IMG/VR virus record: IMGVR_UViG_3300029811_000184
Span: 1-29,987 of that record
DNA: 29,987 bases
Source of the DNA: a virus
Taxonomy: Duplodnaviria > Caudoviricetes
Reading direction: 5' to 3' (one strand)
How positions within the stretch are numbered: the stretch's first letter is position 1; every line of letters begins with the position of its first letter. The notes beneath the pieces were generated by a model. That model did not search any database and was not told where the DNA came from. It saw only the letters and a list, made by a program, of their open reading frames with translations. The translations under genes were made by a program, and so were the position numbers. This document shows positions 18,810 through 26,682 of the stretch, one piece after another.

Positions 18810-18837
18810 TATAAGAGGGGTTTTGCCCCCTCTTATA
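18810..18837 (-). terminator. Stem-loop after the MCP gene (weak intrinsic terminator or mRNA-stabilising hairpin)
   Basis: Perfect 11-bp inverted repeat TATAAGAGGGG/CCCCTCTTATA with a 6-nt loop, 15 nt past the MCP stop; no long U-tract on the minus strand. Confidence 0.65.
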
Positions 18838-18852
18838 TTTTAAATCTAACTG

Positions 18853-19866
18853 CTAAGCATTAGGATCAATAGCACTCGTGACCACCTGAACAAGAGCCTT
18901 GCTCGCCAATACTTTGTCTTCCCACGCTGCTGCCACGCCAATACCTTCTACGAAATCATAATCGTCCATTTGCTCGTTCCAAGAAATATCCTCATTCAAA
19001 CCTCGGCAAAGAGCTTCCTGACCAACCATGATGGACCTTGCAGTATAAACTGCCGGGGAATTGCTATTCTCAACTCTGGTACACTGAGTTGTTGAATGAA
19101 CGATAACCCCATCCACTTCACCTAACGCTCCAGTAAATAAAGGATTATCTTTCCCTCTTTCTGAAGCATTTTGATGATTGGAAATCCAGTCAGAATCTTT
19201 CTTCAATGACCATGCCTGGAAAGGATGAATAAACATCAGATAATAACCTTCACCTGGAGGCATCCCAGCAATTCTTATCGGCTCAATATCATGTCCAGCA
19301 AGAACGGCCGCAGCCTTTCTGATTTCAGCCATACCCATATCATCAGAGGAATCAATGGTGTCAACTGTAGTTGCATCATTCCCGTAAACGATCTCAATTG
19401 CCGCTGCATCAAAGCCCTGCGCTGTAGTTAACCTTGCGCATGTCCACATGGAAGTATCCATTTTCTTAGCCATCCAGTAGGACAAACCTGCTTTGGCTTT
19501 GATCCGGAAATCCTGGGTAATTTGCTTTTTTGCTTTACCAGAATCGGCTACCGCATGACGATACCACTCAGGAGAACACTGTACCTGAGCAAGAGAAAGT
19601 TTTTCCTCATTTCCTCTTAATACACTTTCCCCCTCAACGCCAGAACCAGTAAGATTGGCCACTCGACTAATGTTAATCGTTTGACCTGGTTGTGTTAAAA
19701 GTTCACTTTTCAAAACTATAGGCATACCAGAACCTTCTATTCCAGTAAACCTGTCCCAAAACATCTTCGCCTTCGCCTCTTCATAGACTTTCCTTGCCCA
19801 AATTTGTGGACGCCAGTAAGCCAAATTAGTGGCGGTCGTATAATTTAATGTTGCTACATTTCCCAT
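18853..19866 (-). CDS. Major capsid protein, N4-gp56/DUF4043 family (HK97 fold)
   Basis: WARKVYEEA...FWDRFTG...GQTINI...LTGSGVEGESVLRGNEEKL...RHAV; YLMFIHPFQ; NPLFTGALGEVDGVIVH; follows the scaffold gene. Confidence 0.9.
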   Translation of the reverse strand: MGNVATLNYTTATNLAYWRPQIWARKVYEEAKAKMFWDRFTGIEGSGMPIVLKSELLTQPGQTINISRVANLTGSGVEGESVLRGNEEKLSLAQVQCSPEWYRHAVADSGKAKKQITQDFRIKAKAGLSYWMAKKMDTSMWTCARLTTAQGFDAAAIEIVYGNDATTVDTIDSSDDMGMAEIRKAAAVLAGHDIEPIRIAGMPPGEGYYLMFIHPFQAWSLKKDSDWISNHQNASERGKDNPLFTGALGEVDGVIVHSTTQCTRVENSNSPAVYTARSIMVGQEALCRGLNEDISWNEQMDDYDFVEGIGVAAAWEDKVLASKALVQVVTSAIDPNA

Positions 19867-19949
19867 CTTCCGATCTCCTATATTTAAGAATTTAAATAAG
19901 TTTCTATCCCTGCCTTATCTCTATCCTTCAAATCAAGAGATCGGAAGAT
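19865..19949 (-). promoter_or_regulatory. Inverted repeat able to sequester the MCP Shine-Dalgarno and start codon
   Basis: ATCTTCCGATCTC (19865-19877) and GAGATCGGAAGAT (19937-19949) form a perfect 13-bp IR; an internal 7-bp IR lies at 19881-19898. Confidence 0.55.
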
Positions 19950-19973
19950 CAACTTCCTTTTTGCTACGAAAAC

Positions 19974-20702
19974 TTAGGCTTTATCAACTTCGTCAAGAAG
20001 TTCGTCAAGTCGTTTGTTATCATCTGCTGTCAAAGTTTTCTTTTCCAGAAGAGTTTTAATCTCTTCTGTAATTGGTGTTTCTGACATACGATTCCTGTCC
20101 CCTGGACCCGGAGTTTCTGGAGGTTTCTTTTTGTTTTTTACAAAATCCTTCACTTTAAGAATAACCTCTTCATCATTTAATTCAAATTCCCCATCCTTTT
20201 GTTCTTTAGTAAGGCTATTCATAAAGCCTTCCCTTTCATAATCAGAAGCGAACTCAAATTTCATTTTTCTCACTAAACGTTCTGCGAGTACTTCCCTGTC
20301 TTGTATTTGAATTCTTTTTTCTTTCACAGAAAGATTTTTTGTCACCTCTTCTAAATCTTGTTTAGATTTACGCACGGACTCTTCCAATTCAGATAATCTT
20401 GTCTGCAACTTTTCATTCTCAGTTTTATCCTTATCTGTCTTTTCCTTCTTCTCTTTCTCAAAAGTTTCAAGCTTTTCTTTGGTCCCTTTCAATTCCTTTT
20501 CAGCCTCTTCCTGTTCTTGTTTCTGTTTGTCCACCCCTTCTTGAATTTTCTTATTTGCAATTCTTCTCCGGGCATTCTCATCTTTCAACTTGTCAATATA
20601 ATCATCTTTCTGCTCACTAGTAAACTTACTTACATCTTTGTCCGTAAGATCCTCCTCTACATTTGCTTTCCCTTTCTTGTCATCATCAATCGTCTGTGTC
20701 AT
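19974..20702 (-). CDS. Capsid scaffolding protein
   Basis: Very K/E-rich coiled coil, 'DYIDKLKDENARRRIANK' motif, Pro/Gly linker before a C-terminal helix; directly upstream of MCP. Confidence 0.8.
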   Translation of the reverse strand: MTQTIDDDKKGKANVEEDLTDKDVSKFTSEQKDDYIDKLKDENARRRIANKKIQEGVDKQKQEQEEAEKELKGTKEKLETFEKEKKEKTDKDKTENEKLQTRLSELEESVRKSKQDLEEVTKNLSVKEKRIQIQDREVLAERLVRKMKFEFASDYEREGFMNSLTKEQKDGEFELNDEEVILKVKDFVKNKKKPPETPGPGDRNRMSETPITEEIKTLLEKKTLTADDNKRLDELLDEVDKA

Positions 20703-20753
20703 TTCTCAATCTCCTTCCTTCATGTCGGGAGTCCTATAAGGATCATTCCCTTT

Positions 20754-21065
20754 TTAATAAGTAAACGTTTGTGTCGCTTCAAACTTTGTCATTGCCACTT
20801 GTATCTTATTCTTTTCCAAATACAACTCATCAAGCTTTTTATGAATCTTAACAAGTTCTGGTATTGTTATTGGTTTCTTTTTACTGGTATCGATCTCAAC
20901 CTTTTCAGCCTTTTCTACATTAATACTTGGTTGATTTGAGGGGACTTCCATGCCATAATAATCCCTTCCAAAAATCACATTATGAACAACTCTTTTGTAA
21001 TCTTCAATTTTGTCCTCAACTTGATATAAAAGTAATCTTGCTTCTGTTATTGTTACGGTTGGCAT
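20754..21065 (-). CDS. Hypothetical helical protein
   Basis: 103 aa with an AGGAGG RBS. Confidence 0.6.
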   Translation of the reverse strand: MPTVTITEARLLLYQVEDKIEDYKRVVHNVIFGRDYYGMEVPSNQPSINVEKAEKVEIDTSKKKPITIPELVKIHKKLDELYLEKNKIQVAMTKFEATQTFTY

Positions 21066-21069
21066 TTAT

Positions 21070-21207
21070 TCACCTCCTATTCCTATTGCCCCTTTGCCCA
21101 GTCGTGTTTCTTCGTTGCCCTCTGTTTCTGGGAGGAGAACAACCTCCCCTTCCTCGATTAACCCTAACTCCTCTGCCACTTCCGTCTCTTTTAGGGACTC
21201 CTTTCAT
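21070..21207 (-). CDS. Tiny Arg/Gly-rich basic protein (45 aa)
   Basis: MKGVPKRDGSGRGVRVNRGRGGCSPPRNRGQRRNTTGQRGNRNRR*, with an AAAGGAG RBS; not in the ORF track. Confidence 0.65.
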   Translation of the reverse strand: MKGVPKRDGSGRGVRVNRGRGGCSPPRNRGQRRNTTGQRGNRNRR

Positions 21208-21223
21208 TATATTTTCTCCTTTA

Positions 21224-21448
21224 TTACTTTTTCTTCTTTTTTAAACTTGGAAACTTCTTATAAACTTTTCTCTTTACTGCGGCTTTCTCAGCAGGTGTAC
21301 CAAAAGCTGCTACTCTTGCAAGAGCATTTCTGGCATGTGCTTTATCAGTTATTGGATACTTTCTTACCTTCGTTCCTTTAATTATTTTAACAATGGCAAA
21401 AGTAGAATCCCTTAATCTTTTTCTTTGTTTGGTTTTCAATACAGCCAT
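21224..21448 (-). CDS. Small basic protein (DUF6582-like)
   Basis: 'RLRDSTFA...RKYPITDKAHARNALARV' motif, recurrent in phage head modules; AGGAG RBS. Confidence 0.7.
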   Translation of the reverse strand: MAVLKTKQRKRLRDSTFAIVKIIKGTKVRKYPITDKAHARNALARVAAFGTPAEKAAVKRKVYKKFPSLKKKKK

Positions 21449-21450
21449 GA

Positions 21451-21594
21451 TTACTTTCTCCTTTTAGCAAGAAGTTTTCTTTGCCTTGCTAAAAACTTAT
21501 ACATTTCATCATGGGATTTGAAATATCTTGTATAAGTTGTTCCTTTTCTTGATCCTTTCGTTCTTACAACTCTTGCTTTAATTAATTTGGCCAT
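21451..21594 (-). CDS. Small basic protein (47 aa)
   Basis: MAKLIKARVVRTKGSRKGTTYTRYFKSHDEMYKFLARQRKLLAKRRK*; TAATG overlap with the upstream ORF. Confidence 0.65.
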   Translation of the reverse strand: MAKLIKARVVRTKGSRKGTTYTRYFKSHDEMYKFLARQRKLLAKRRK

Positions 21595-21755
21595 TATCTT
21601 TTTCTCTTTTTTCTTGTTTTAACAGCTCTTTTTACTACTAACTTTTCAAATGCCTTGAATCCAGGATGATGCCCATACTTTTTAACCCACCTCTTCCATA
21701 TCGTAGGCATTCTTATCTTCATATACATTTCTTGTTTAGCAGATGCAAATGGCAT
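21594..21755 (-). CDS. Small basic protein (53 aa)
   Basis: MPFASAKQEMYMKIRMPTIWKRWVKKYGHHPGFKAFEKLVVKRAVKTRKKRKR*; the MPFxSxxQ N-terminus recurs in small phage proteins; AAAGGA RBS. Confidence 0.65.
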   Translation of the reverse strand: MPFASAKQEMYMKIRMPTIWKRWVKKYGHHPGFKAFEKLVVKRAVKTRKKRKR

Positions 21756-21756
21756 A

Positions 21757-21927
21757 TTATCCTTTCCTCTCTTTCGGTAAATAGTATGCTGGTAATTTTT
21801 TAAATTCTGCCATTGTCATCCCTTGTAATTTTAGAAATCTATCAAGTTCCTTTCCAGTTGGTAAATCATAACTTTGCTTTGTCCAATCTGAGTTTTCTAA
21901 ATCTGCATCTATTTCTATAATTGCCAT
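21757..21927 (-). CDS. Small protein (56 aa), candidate immunity/partner of the MuF-ART protein
   Basis: MAIIEIDADLENSDWTKQSYDLPTGKELDRFLKLQGMTMAEFKKLPAYYLPKERKG*; the start abuts the MuF stop (TAAATG); function inferred from position only. Confidence 0.6.
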   Translation of the reverse strand: MAIIEIDADLENSDWTKQSYDLPTGKELDRFLKLQGMTMAEFKKLPAYYLPKERKG

Positions 21928-24270
21928 TTATTCTGTCCTTTTTGCTATTTCTTTTGACACAGCTTCTTCGAAACTTACCCCCTTACTCTCAAACAATCCC
22001 CGCCAATTTCGAACAGGAGTTCCTTTGTAATATCGACCAATAAGGCTTTCCAGCATTTTTTCTTCTGCTTTCTGAGAGCCAAGAATTATCCACTCAGCTT
22101 CATCTAAACAACCAAATCCAGTTATTGGACAAGATAATACTCTATCTGCTGGGACTTCTGCAAAATACAAAGATGCCCTTTCTGCTGTGGCAGGATTACC
22201 AAAAGCTTGAGCTGGCGAAAAATCACTACTAAAACTTGACATAGGTTGTAATTTAACATCTGCTTCTGACATTTTATTTGTTATAGTTGATGGCTTAATC
22301 CCCGAAGGTAGTTCCAGTGCTTCCGTTGGAAGTTTTCCAGTTTTTACTCCTCTTGTAACCCTAACCGTTTTCAATCCTTGCTTTGCTAAGTGCTCTTGTG
22401 TATCATTATACATTTCTCGGAGAAATCTTCGTAATGGTAATTCCCATTTTTTAAAACGAGTAGTTGCCTCTGCCAATGCCTCCTTATTCCACCACAAACT
22501 TGCCCCTTTAAGACCAAACTCCTTCTGGGCAGCTAACTGCATCATAATCGAGGATGGATTTTTATCTCCACTTGTCGCCGCCCATCCTCTTATCAATTCT
22601 TCTACAGCCCTTTCACTATTGCTTGCCGTAGAATACACTAATTCTTTCCACTCAGGCATATTCAAATCATCCATTTTTTTGCTAAGCCGTTTGGCAATAT
22701 CCGCTTTAAGTTCCTCCGCTGTCTTCCCTTTAATAAAAGTAGCATTCTTGGATTTCTCATAATGCTCTAATATTTCTTTCGCTGTCTTACCTGGAGCCCC
22801 TCCAGTAATGGTGGATAATTCTTCTACTCCAAACCCAGGAACTTTAGTTATAATTTGCTTTGGATTAAAAACAACAGCTGTAATATGTTCTATCATTCCA
22901 TCTTTTGTTCGTTGTACAATTACCCCATCATAACCAGATAACTTTGCGGCTTTTACTATCTCTGCTAATTCATCATCGTGAACCACTCCCCGGATAATTT
23001 TAGGATTTTTCATTCTAACCTGAGTTTTGTGGATATTGGGCCCATAATTTCCAGCAATCCTCTTATCAGAAGTAAACCAAAATTCTTTTTTACCTTTCTT
23101 TATTTCTGCTAAAATAGTTTTCTCAGCAGATCCCATATAAAGATCAAGTGGTTCCCCTACTCCAGGTCCTCCCTTTTCTATAACTTCCCCAAACTTTTTC
23201 ACTGGGACTTTTGTAATATCGAACCCAGGAACTTTCTTTCCTTCAATAAGTTTTATCTTATCTTCAATATCTTTATAACGTTTCATTCCTGCAGCTCGTA
23301 TAGCATCTTTCGCAGGATCAATATGAACTTCTTTTCCTAATCTCATCCATGCTGACATCTGATTCGGAGCAGCTTTCAACTCATCTAATAATTGCAATCT
23401 CCTTCCTGCTATTGCTGAATTGACTCCTTTGTTGACTCCTGTCCATTTCCCTCTTGTATAAACAACCTCACATCTACATATATGTCTTGGTGGGAATCCA
23501 TGAACACTTCCCATTTCAGCTTCAGTAATAACTCCTGACAAGCAAGCACTTATGCATTCCGGTTTGGTTCTCATATCCATTGGATTACTATTCCAACAAT
23601 ACTTATAACCAAGTTCTTTCGCTCTTTGTTGAAGGAATGCTGTTCGTTGTTCTGTTATTGATATCATTGTCTCCATTTCGACTTCTTGTGGAAGAGCACT
23701 ACCTATTTTCAAAGTTCCAACATCGGTATAAAAAAGACTTTTAAACTCTTCTGCGGACATTCCTCTTGTCACACCAACATAAAACATATCATAAACAAAG
23801 TTTTTCCATTTTTCAAGTGTTTGATTTACTCTTTTATAGCCCTGTTGATTAAGTAATCCTGACAAAGTTTTGTTCCCTTTCGTTATTATAGTTCTACTTT
23901 TTTCCACTATATTCACTTTGCTCAACAGTTTCGTAATCTTGTCTTCCCTGTTCTTTACTAATTCCCAACTTTCTTTTCTTGTTTTTCTTATTAGTTTTCC
24001 ATATTCCCTTCTATAAACAACTTGTATTTTATCAATTCCTAACATCAACTTATTGACTTTTGAAAGATTGTCAACAGAATTTTCAACCAAATCATCCTTC
24101 AAATCAAGAATAGATAATATCTTATCATATAGTTTTGTTGCTTCTTTTGTTGTCTTTGCATTTAATTTATTTAACTGCTTCTGCAAACTGGAAAAGAAAA
24201 CATTACCATGCTTTTCATTCATCCAAACAGCTTCAACAATTTTCTTTCCTATTTCTTCATCAGTTGGCAT
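21928..24270 (-). CDS. MuF/SPP1 gp7-like minor head protein with C-terminal ADP-ribosyltransferase-like domains
   Basis: Lies after the portal. MuF-like DMRTKPEC...GFPPRHICRC. ART-PolyVal-like LYMGS...FWFTSD...NYG...MKNP...GYDGVIV...VVFNPKQI. R-S-E type ART VTRG...MSSFS...DEAEW. Confidence 0.75.
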   Translation of the reverse strand: MPTDEEIGKKIVEAVWMNEKHGNVFFSSLQKQLNKLNAKTTKEATKLYDKILSILDLKDDLVENSVDNLSKVNKLMLGIDKIQVVYRREYGKLIRKTRKESWELVKNREDKITKLLSKVNIVEKSRTIITKGNKTLSGLLNQQGYKRVNQTLEKWKNFVYDMFYVGVTRGMSAEEFKSLFYTDVGTLKIGSALPQEVEMETMISITEQRTAFLQQRAKELGYKYCWNSNPMDMRTKPECISACLSGVITEAEMGSVHGFPPRHICRCEVVYTRGKWTGVNKGVNSAIAGRRLQLLDELKAAPNQMSAWMRLGKEVHIDPAKDAIRAAGMKRYKDIEDKIKLIEGKKVPGFDITKVPVKKFGEVIEKGGPGVGEPLDLYMGSAEKTILAEIKKGKKEFWFTSDKRIAGNYGPNIHKTQVRMKNPKIIRGVVHDDELAEIVKAAKLSGYDGVIVQRTKDGMIEHITAVVFNPKQIITKVPGFGVEELSTITGGAPGKTAKEILEHYEKSKNATFIKGKTAEELKADIAKRLSKKMDDLNMPEWKELVYSTASNSERAVEELIRGWAATSGDKNPSSIMMQLAAQKEFGLKGASLWWNKEALAEATTRFKKWELPLRRFLREMYNDTQEHLAKQGLKTVRVTRGVKTGKLPTEALELPSGIKPSTITNKMSEADVKLQPMSSFSSDFSPAQAFGNPATAERASLYFAEVPADRVLSCPITGFGCLDEAEWIILGSQKAEEKMLESLIGRYYKGTPVRNWRGLFESKGVSFEEAVSKEIAKRTE
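22832..23235. repeat. 14-bp direct repeat flanking the first ART-like domain
   Basis: AACCCAGGAACTTT at 22832-22845 and 23222-23235, 390 bp apart (in frame; both encode KVPGF). Confidence 0.7.
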
Positions 24271-24308
24271 TCTTTAATCTTTTTATTTAAAAAGTCAATT
24301 CTTTCCTT

Positions 24309-24515
24309 TTAGTGAACAGTCACAGGTCTTTCCACCACATCAATTCCTGCTTTATCTAACACAGATTCAGCTACAAGGGCAAAACGAGTCCCACAAACTT
24401 CGCATTGGACATACCAAGGGGTTTCTGCATCAATAAGAATATGTTTACCCGCAGGACAACTTGGTGCTGGGATATAATCCATTTTGTTTTCTGGTTTCTT
24501 TCTTTGTTTGCCCAT
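24309..24515 (-). CDS. Small Zn-ribbon-like protein
   Basis: CPAGKH...CEVC; lies between portal and MuF. Confidence 0.6.
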   Translation of the reverse strand: MGKQRKKPENKMDYIPAPSCPAGKHILIDAETPWYVQCEVCGTRFALVAESVLDKAGIDVVERPVTVH

Positions 24516-24520
24516 GATAA

Positions 24521-25912
24521 CTACTCTTCCTCAAACTGCCCTATACCTAATTTCTGCATTTCCTCTTTGTTGTCCTGCATCTTCTTAATCGCTTCATCCC
24601 TTGTCATAGTTGGATATTTTCTTAACATAATATCAACCGGGGTTATTATATTGTGTCTTAGATCACTTTCATCTTTAATTGTCTGTTCTTGAGGGGAGTT
24701 TTCCGGGGCGGTGCTTGAAAACTCAACATCCACTTGAATATGGGAATCAACAGTTTCATTCCTATTCACATTATCTACGAGAATTGCCAAACGAACGAGA
24801 TTCTTCAAACTTGGTCCATAAGACATTCTTCGTTTCTGCCATACTTGCTCTATTGGAATTCTTTTTATTTTTAACGCATATCCAGATTGAGGGATAGCAG
24901 ATTCATCTGACGAAGAAATAACGCTCGATGGCACTTGAGAGAAGTTCTGTAATTCCTTCTTTAGGCTTTCTAATACCTGTTTAACATCGTTTATTTTCGG
25001 AGAAGGGGTTATATAGCCAGCCTCGGCATTCTCCGCTTGTTCAAACTTTAAAAACCTCGTTGGGGCAACTGTTATATCAAGATCCCCTTCTGACTTAACG
25101 ACAAGAATAGAAAATGATTGCATTATACATATTCTAACCAACGCTGCCCATAAATTGTTATACACTTCATTAACTTTAACAACATCAGGAATACCCGAAA
25201 TTCCATAAAATGTATTATCATCCTCTTCTGGTTGAAATCTCACTGCTGGAATAAACCCATAAGGGTTCCTTCCAGAACCTACTAACTTCTTATCTTGTAG
25301 ACTTGGACTATACAACCACACCGCCCACTGCTCTTTATTCCATATTTCAATTCGTTTTAGAAACCTTTTTTGTAAATCTGATTCCCCAGTATCAAATAAA
25401 TAGGATATAACTATTGTTCCAATCTCTTTTGGATTATCTTTATCAGGAAGGAAAACAACAAATTCTCCTCTAATATCTTCAAAATAAGTTTTTTGAGCTA
25501 CTTTATCATACCTAATCATAACAAGACAAGTATCACTAATTTCCGCCACTCGTTGGCATTTAGTAAGGAATGGTAGTATTTTAAAGAATGTCATTGGATC
25601 TGCTATGTTGTTCCATACATCCTGATACTTTGAATCTTTCAAGTTTATATTAACTGGCCTTGCAAACACTCCGTTTATGTATTCATCTACAATAAGTTTC
25701 GTATAATTAAAAACTGTTTTGTCTTTATCAATATAATCTTCGTCGGTTTCCCCTCTATATTGTTTTATGTATAACTCTTGTTTGCCATAGTAGAAATCCC
25801 ATGCTTTGCCTATCTCAGCCAAGTCTTCTTGCCGCTCTGATGTTAACAAAGAACTAAACGCCCCGGTTATGACTTGATCTACTAATGGTCGAAAAATAAG
25901 ATTATCTGGCAT
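24521..25912 (-). CDS. Portal protein (SPP1 gp6-like)
   Basis: 463 aa; DFYYGKQ, NYTKLIVD, NPYGFIPAVRF, SGYALK; positioned after the terminase. Confidence 0.88.
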   Translation of the reverse strand: MPDNLIFRPLVDQVITGAFSSLLTSERQEDLAEIGKAWDFYYGKQELYIKQYRGETDEDYIDKDKTVFNYTKLIVDEYINGVFARPVNINLKDSKYQDVWNNIADPMTFFKILPFLTKCQRVAEISDTCLVMIRYDKVAQKTYFEDIRGEFVVFLPDKDNPKEIGTIVISYLFDTGESDLQKRFLKRIEIWNKEQWAVWLYSPSLQDKKLVGSGRNPYGFIPAVRFQPEEDDNTFYGISGIPDVVKVNEVYNNLWAALVRICIMQSFSILVVKSEGDLDITVAPTRFLKFEQAENAEAGYITPSPKINDVKQVLESLKKELQNFSQVPSSVISSSDESAIPQSGYALKIKRIPIEQVWQKRRMSYGPSLKNLVRLAILVDNVNRNETVDSHIQVDVEFSSTAPENSPQEQTIKDESDLRHNIITPVDIMLRKYPTMTRDEAIKKMQDNKEEMQKLGIGQFEEE

Positions 25913-26672
25913 TAATCAATCCTCTATAATTTCTATCATCAATATATTCATGAGCAAATATCTTTCTTGAACCGGTATCAAACAAAGGGTTTTCATTAAT
26001 AAAATCAAAAGGAATCTTATTTTTTAACATAAACTCTTTCATCTGATTTATGTAATCCCCGCTTCGACGAGTCCATACAATTATAATATTCGATAAATCT
26101 TCCCAAAGCATTCTCATGTAGGAAACTTGATTTTCTATAATGGCCCCTATCTTTGGAAACTCCAATTCAACAATTGTTCCGTCAAAATCAAAGGCAGAAA
26201 ATTTATAATTTTTTGGTGGAATTAAACACTCATCAAATCCTTCATCAAATTTCGGATAGGTATAAGTATCAATCATATGATCAAAAACATTTGTCCAAGT
26301 ATCATTTGAAACACCATGAGGATTCTTCAGTCTTCTCCGCAAATCATTCGCGTTGCCAGGACCCCAGTTATAAGAAACAATGTTTGCGTGGTATTTCTTT
26401 CCAATTTCAATAAATCTTTCTCTTCCTTTCTTATCTATATTAGTTCTATCAATTACAACAGAAAAGTTACTGTCAAGACTTTGTTCTATGATGGCTTCTT
26501 CTGCAGTATGGTAAATTTCTTTTTTCTTATTATCGTATATTCCATACTCATCACCGCCAATCATTCGGGTTATAGCATCATTACTTACAACAACATACCC
26601 TTTTTTAGCAAACTTACTTGCTAAAGTTGACTTCCCACAGCCTATGTTTCCAGTAAAAATGATTAAGTCCAT
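25902..26672 (-). CDS. P-loop kinase (AAA_33) - HAD phosphatase fusion, polynucleotide kinase/phosphatase-like architecture
   Basis: Walker A GNIGCGKST and VVIDRTN; HAD AFDFDGTIV, WTRR and YIDDRN. The likely start is ATG 26672 with a GAAGGA RBS, rather than 26693. Confidence 0.8.
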   Translation of the reverse strand: MDLIIFTGNIGCGKSTLASKFAKKGYVVVSNDAITRMIGGDEYGIYDNKKKEIYHTAEEAIIEQSLDSNFSVVIDRTNIDKKGRERFIEIGKKYHANIVSYNWGPGNANDLRRRLKNPHGVSNDTWTNVFDHMIDTYTYPKFDEGFDECLIPPKNYKFSAFDFDGTIVELEFPKIGAIIENQVSYMRMLWEDLSNIIIVWTRRSGDYINQMKEFMLKNKIPFDFINENPLFDTGSRKIFAHEYIDDRNYRGLINAR

Positions 26673-26682
26673 ATTTATTCCT

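Noticed and set aside
19865-19949. Illumina adapter contamination (AGATCGGAAGA in both arms)
   Set aside because: The match stops at 11 nt (next base T, not the adapter's G) and one arm forms the MCP RBS and ATG, so it is probably genuine; kept as a caveat
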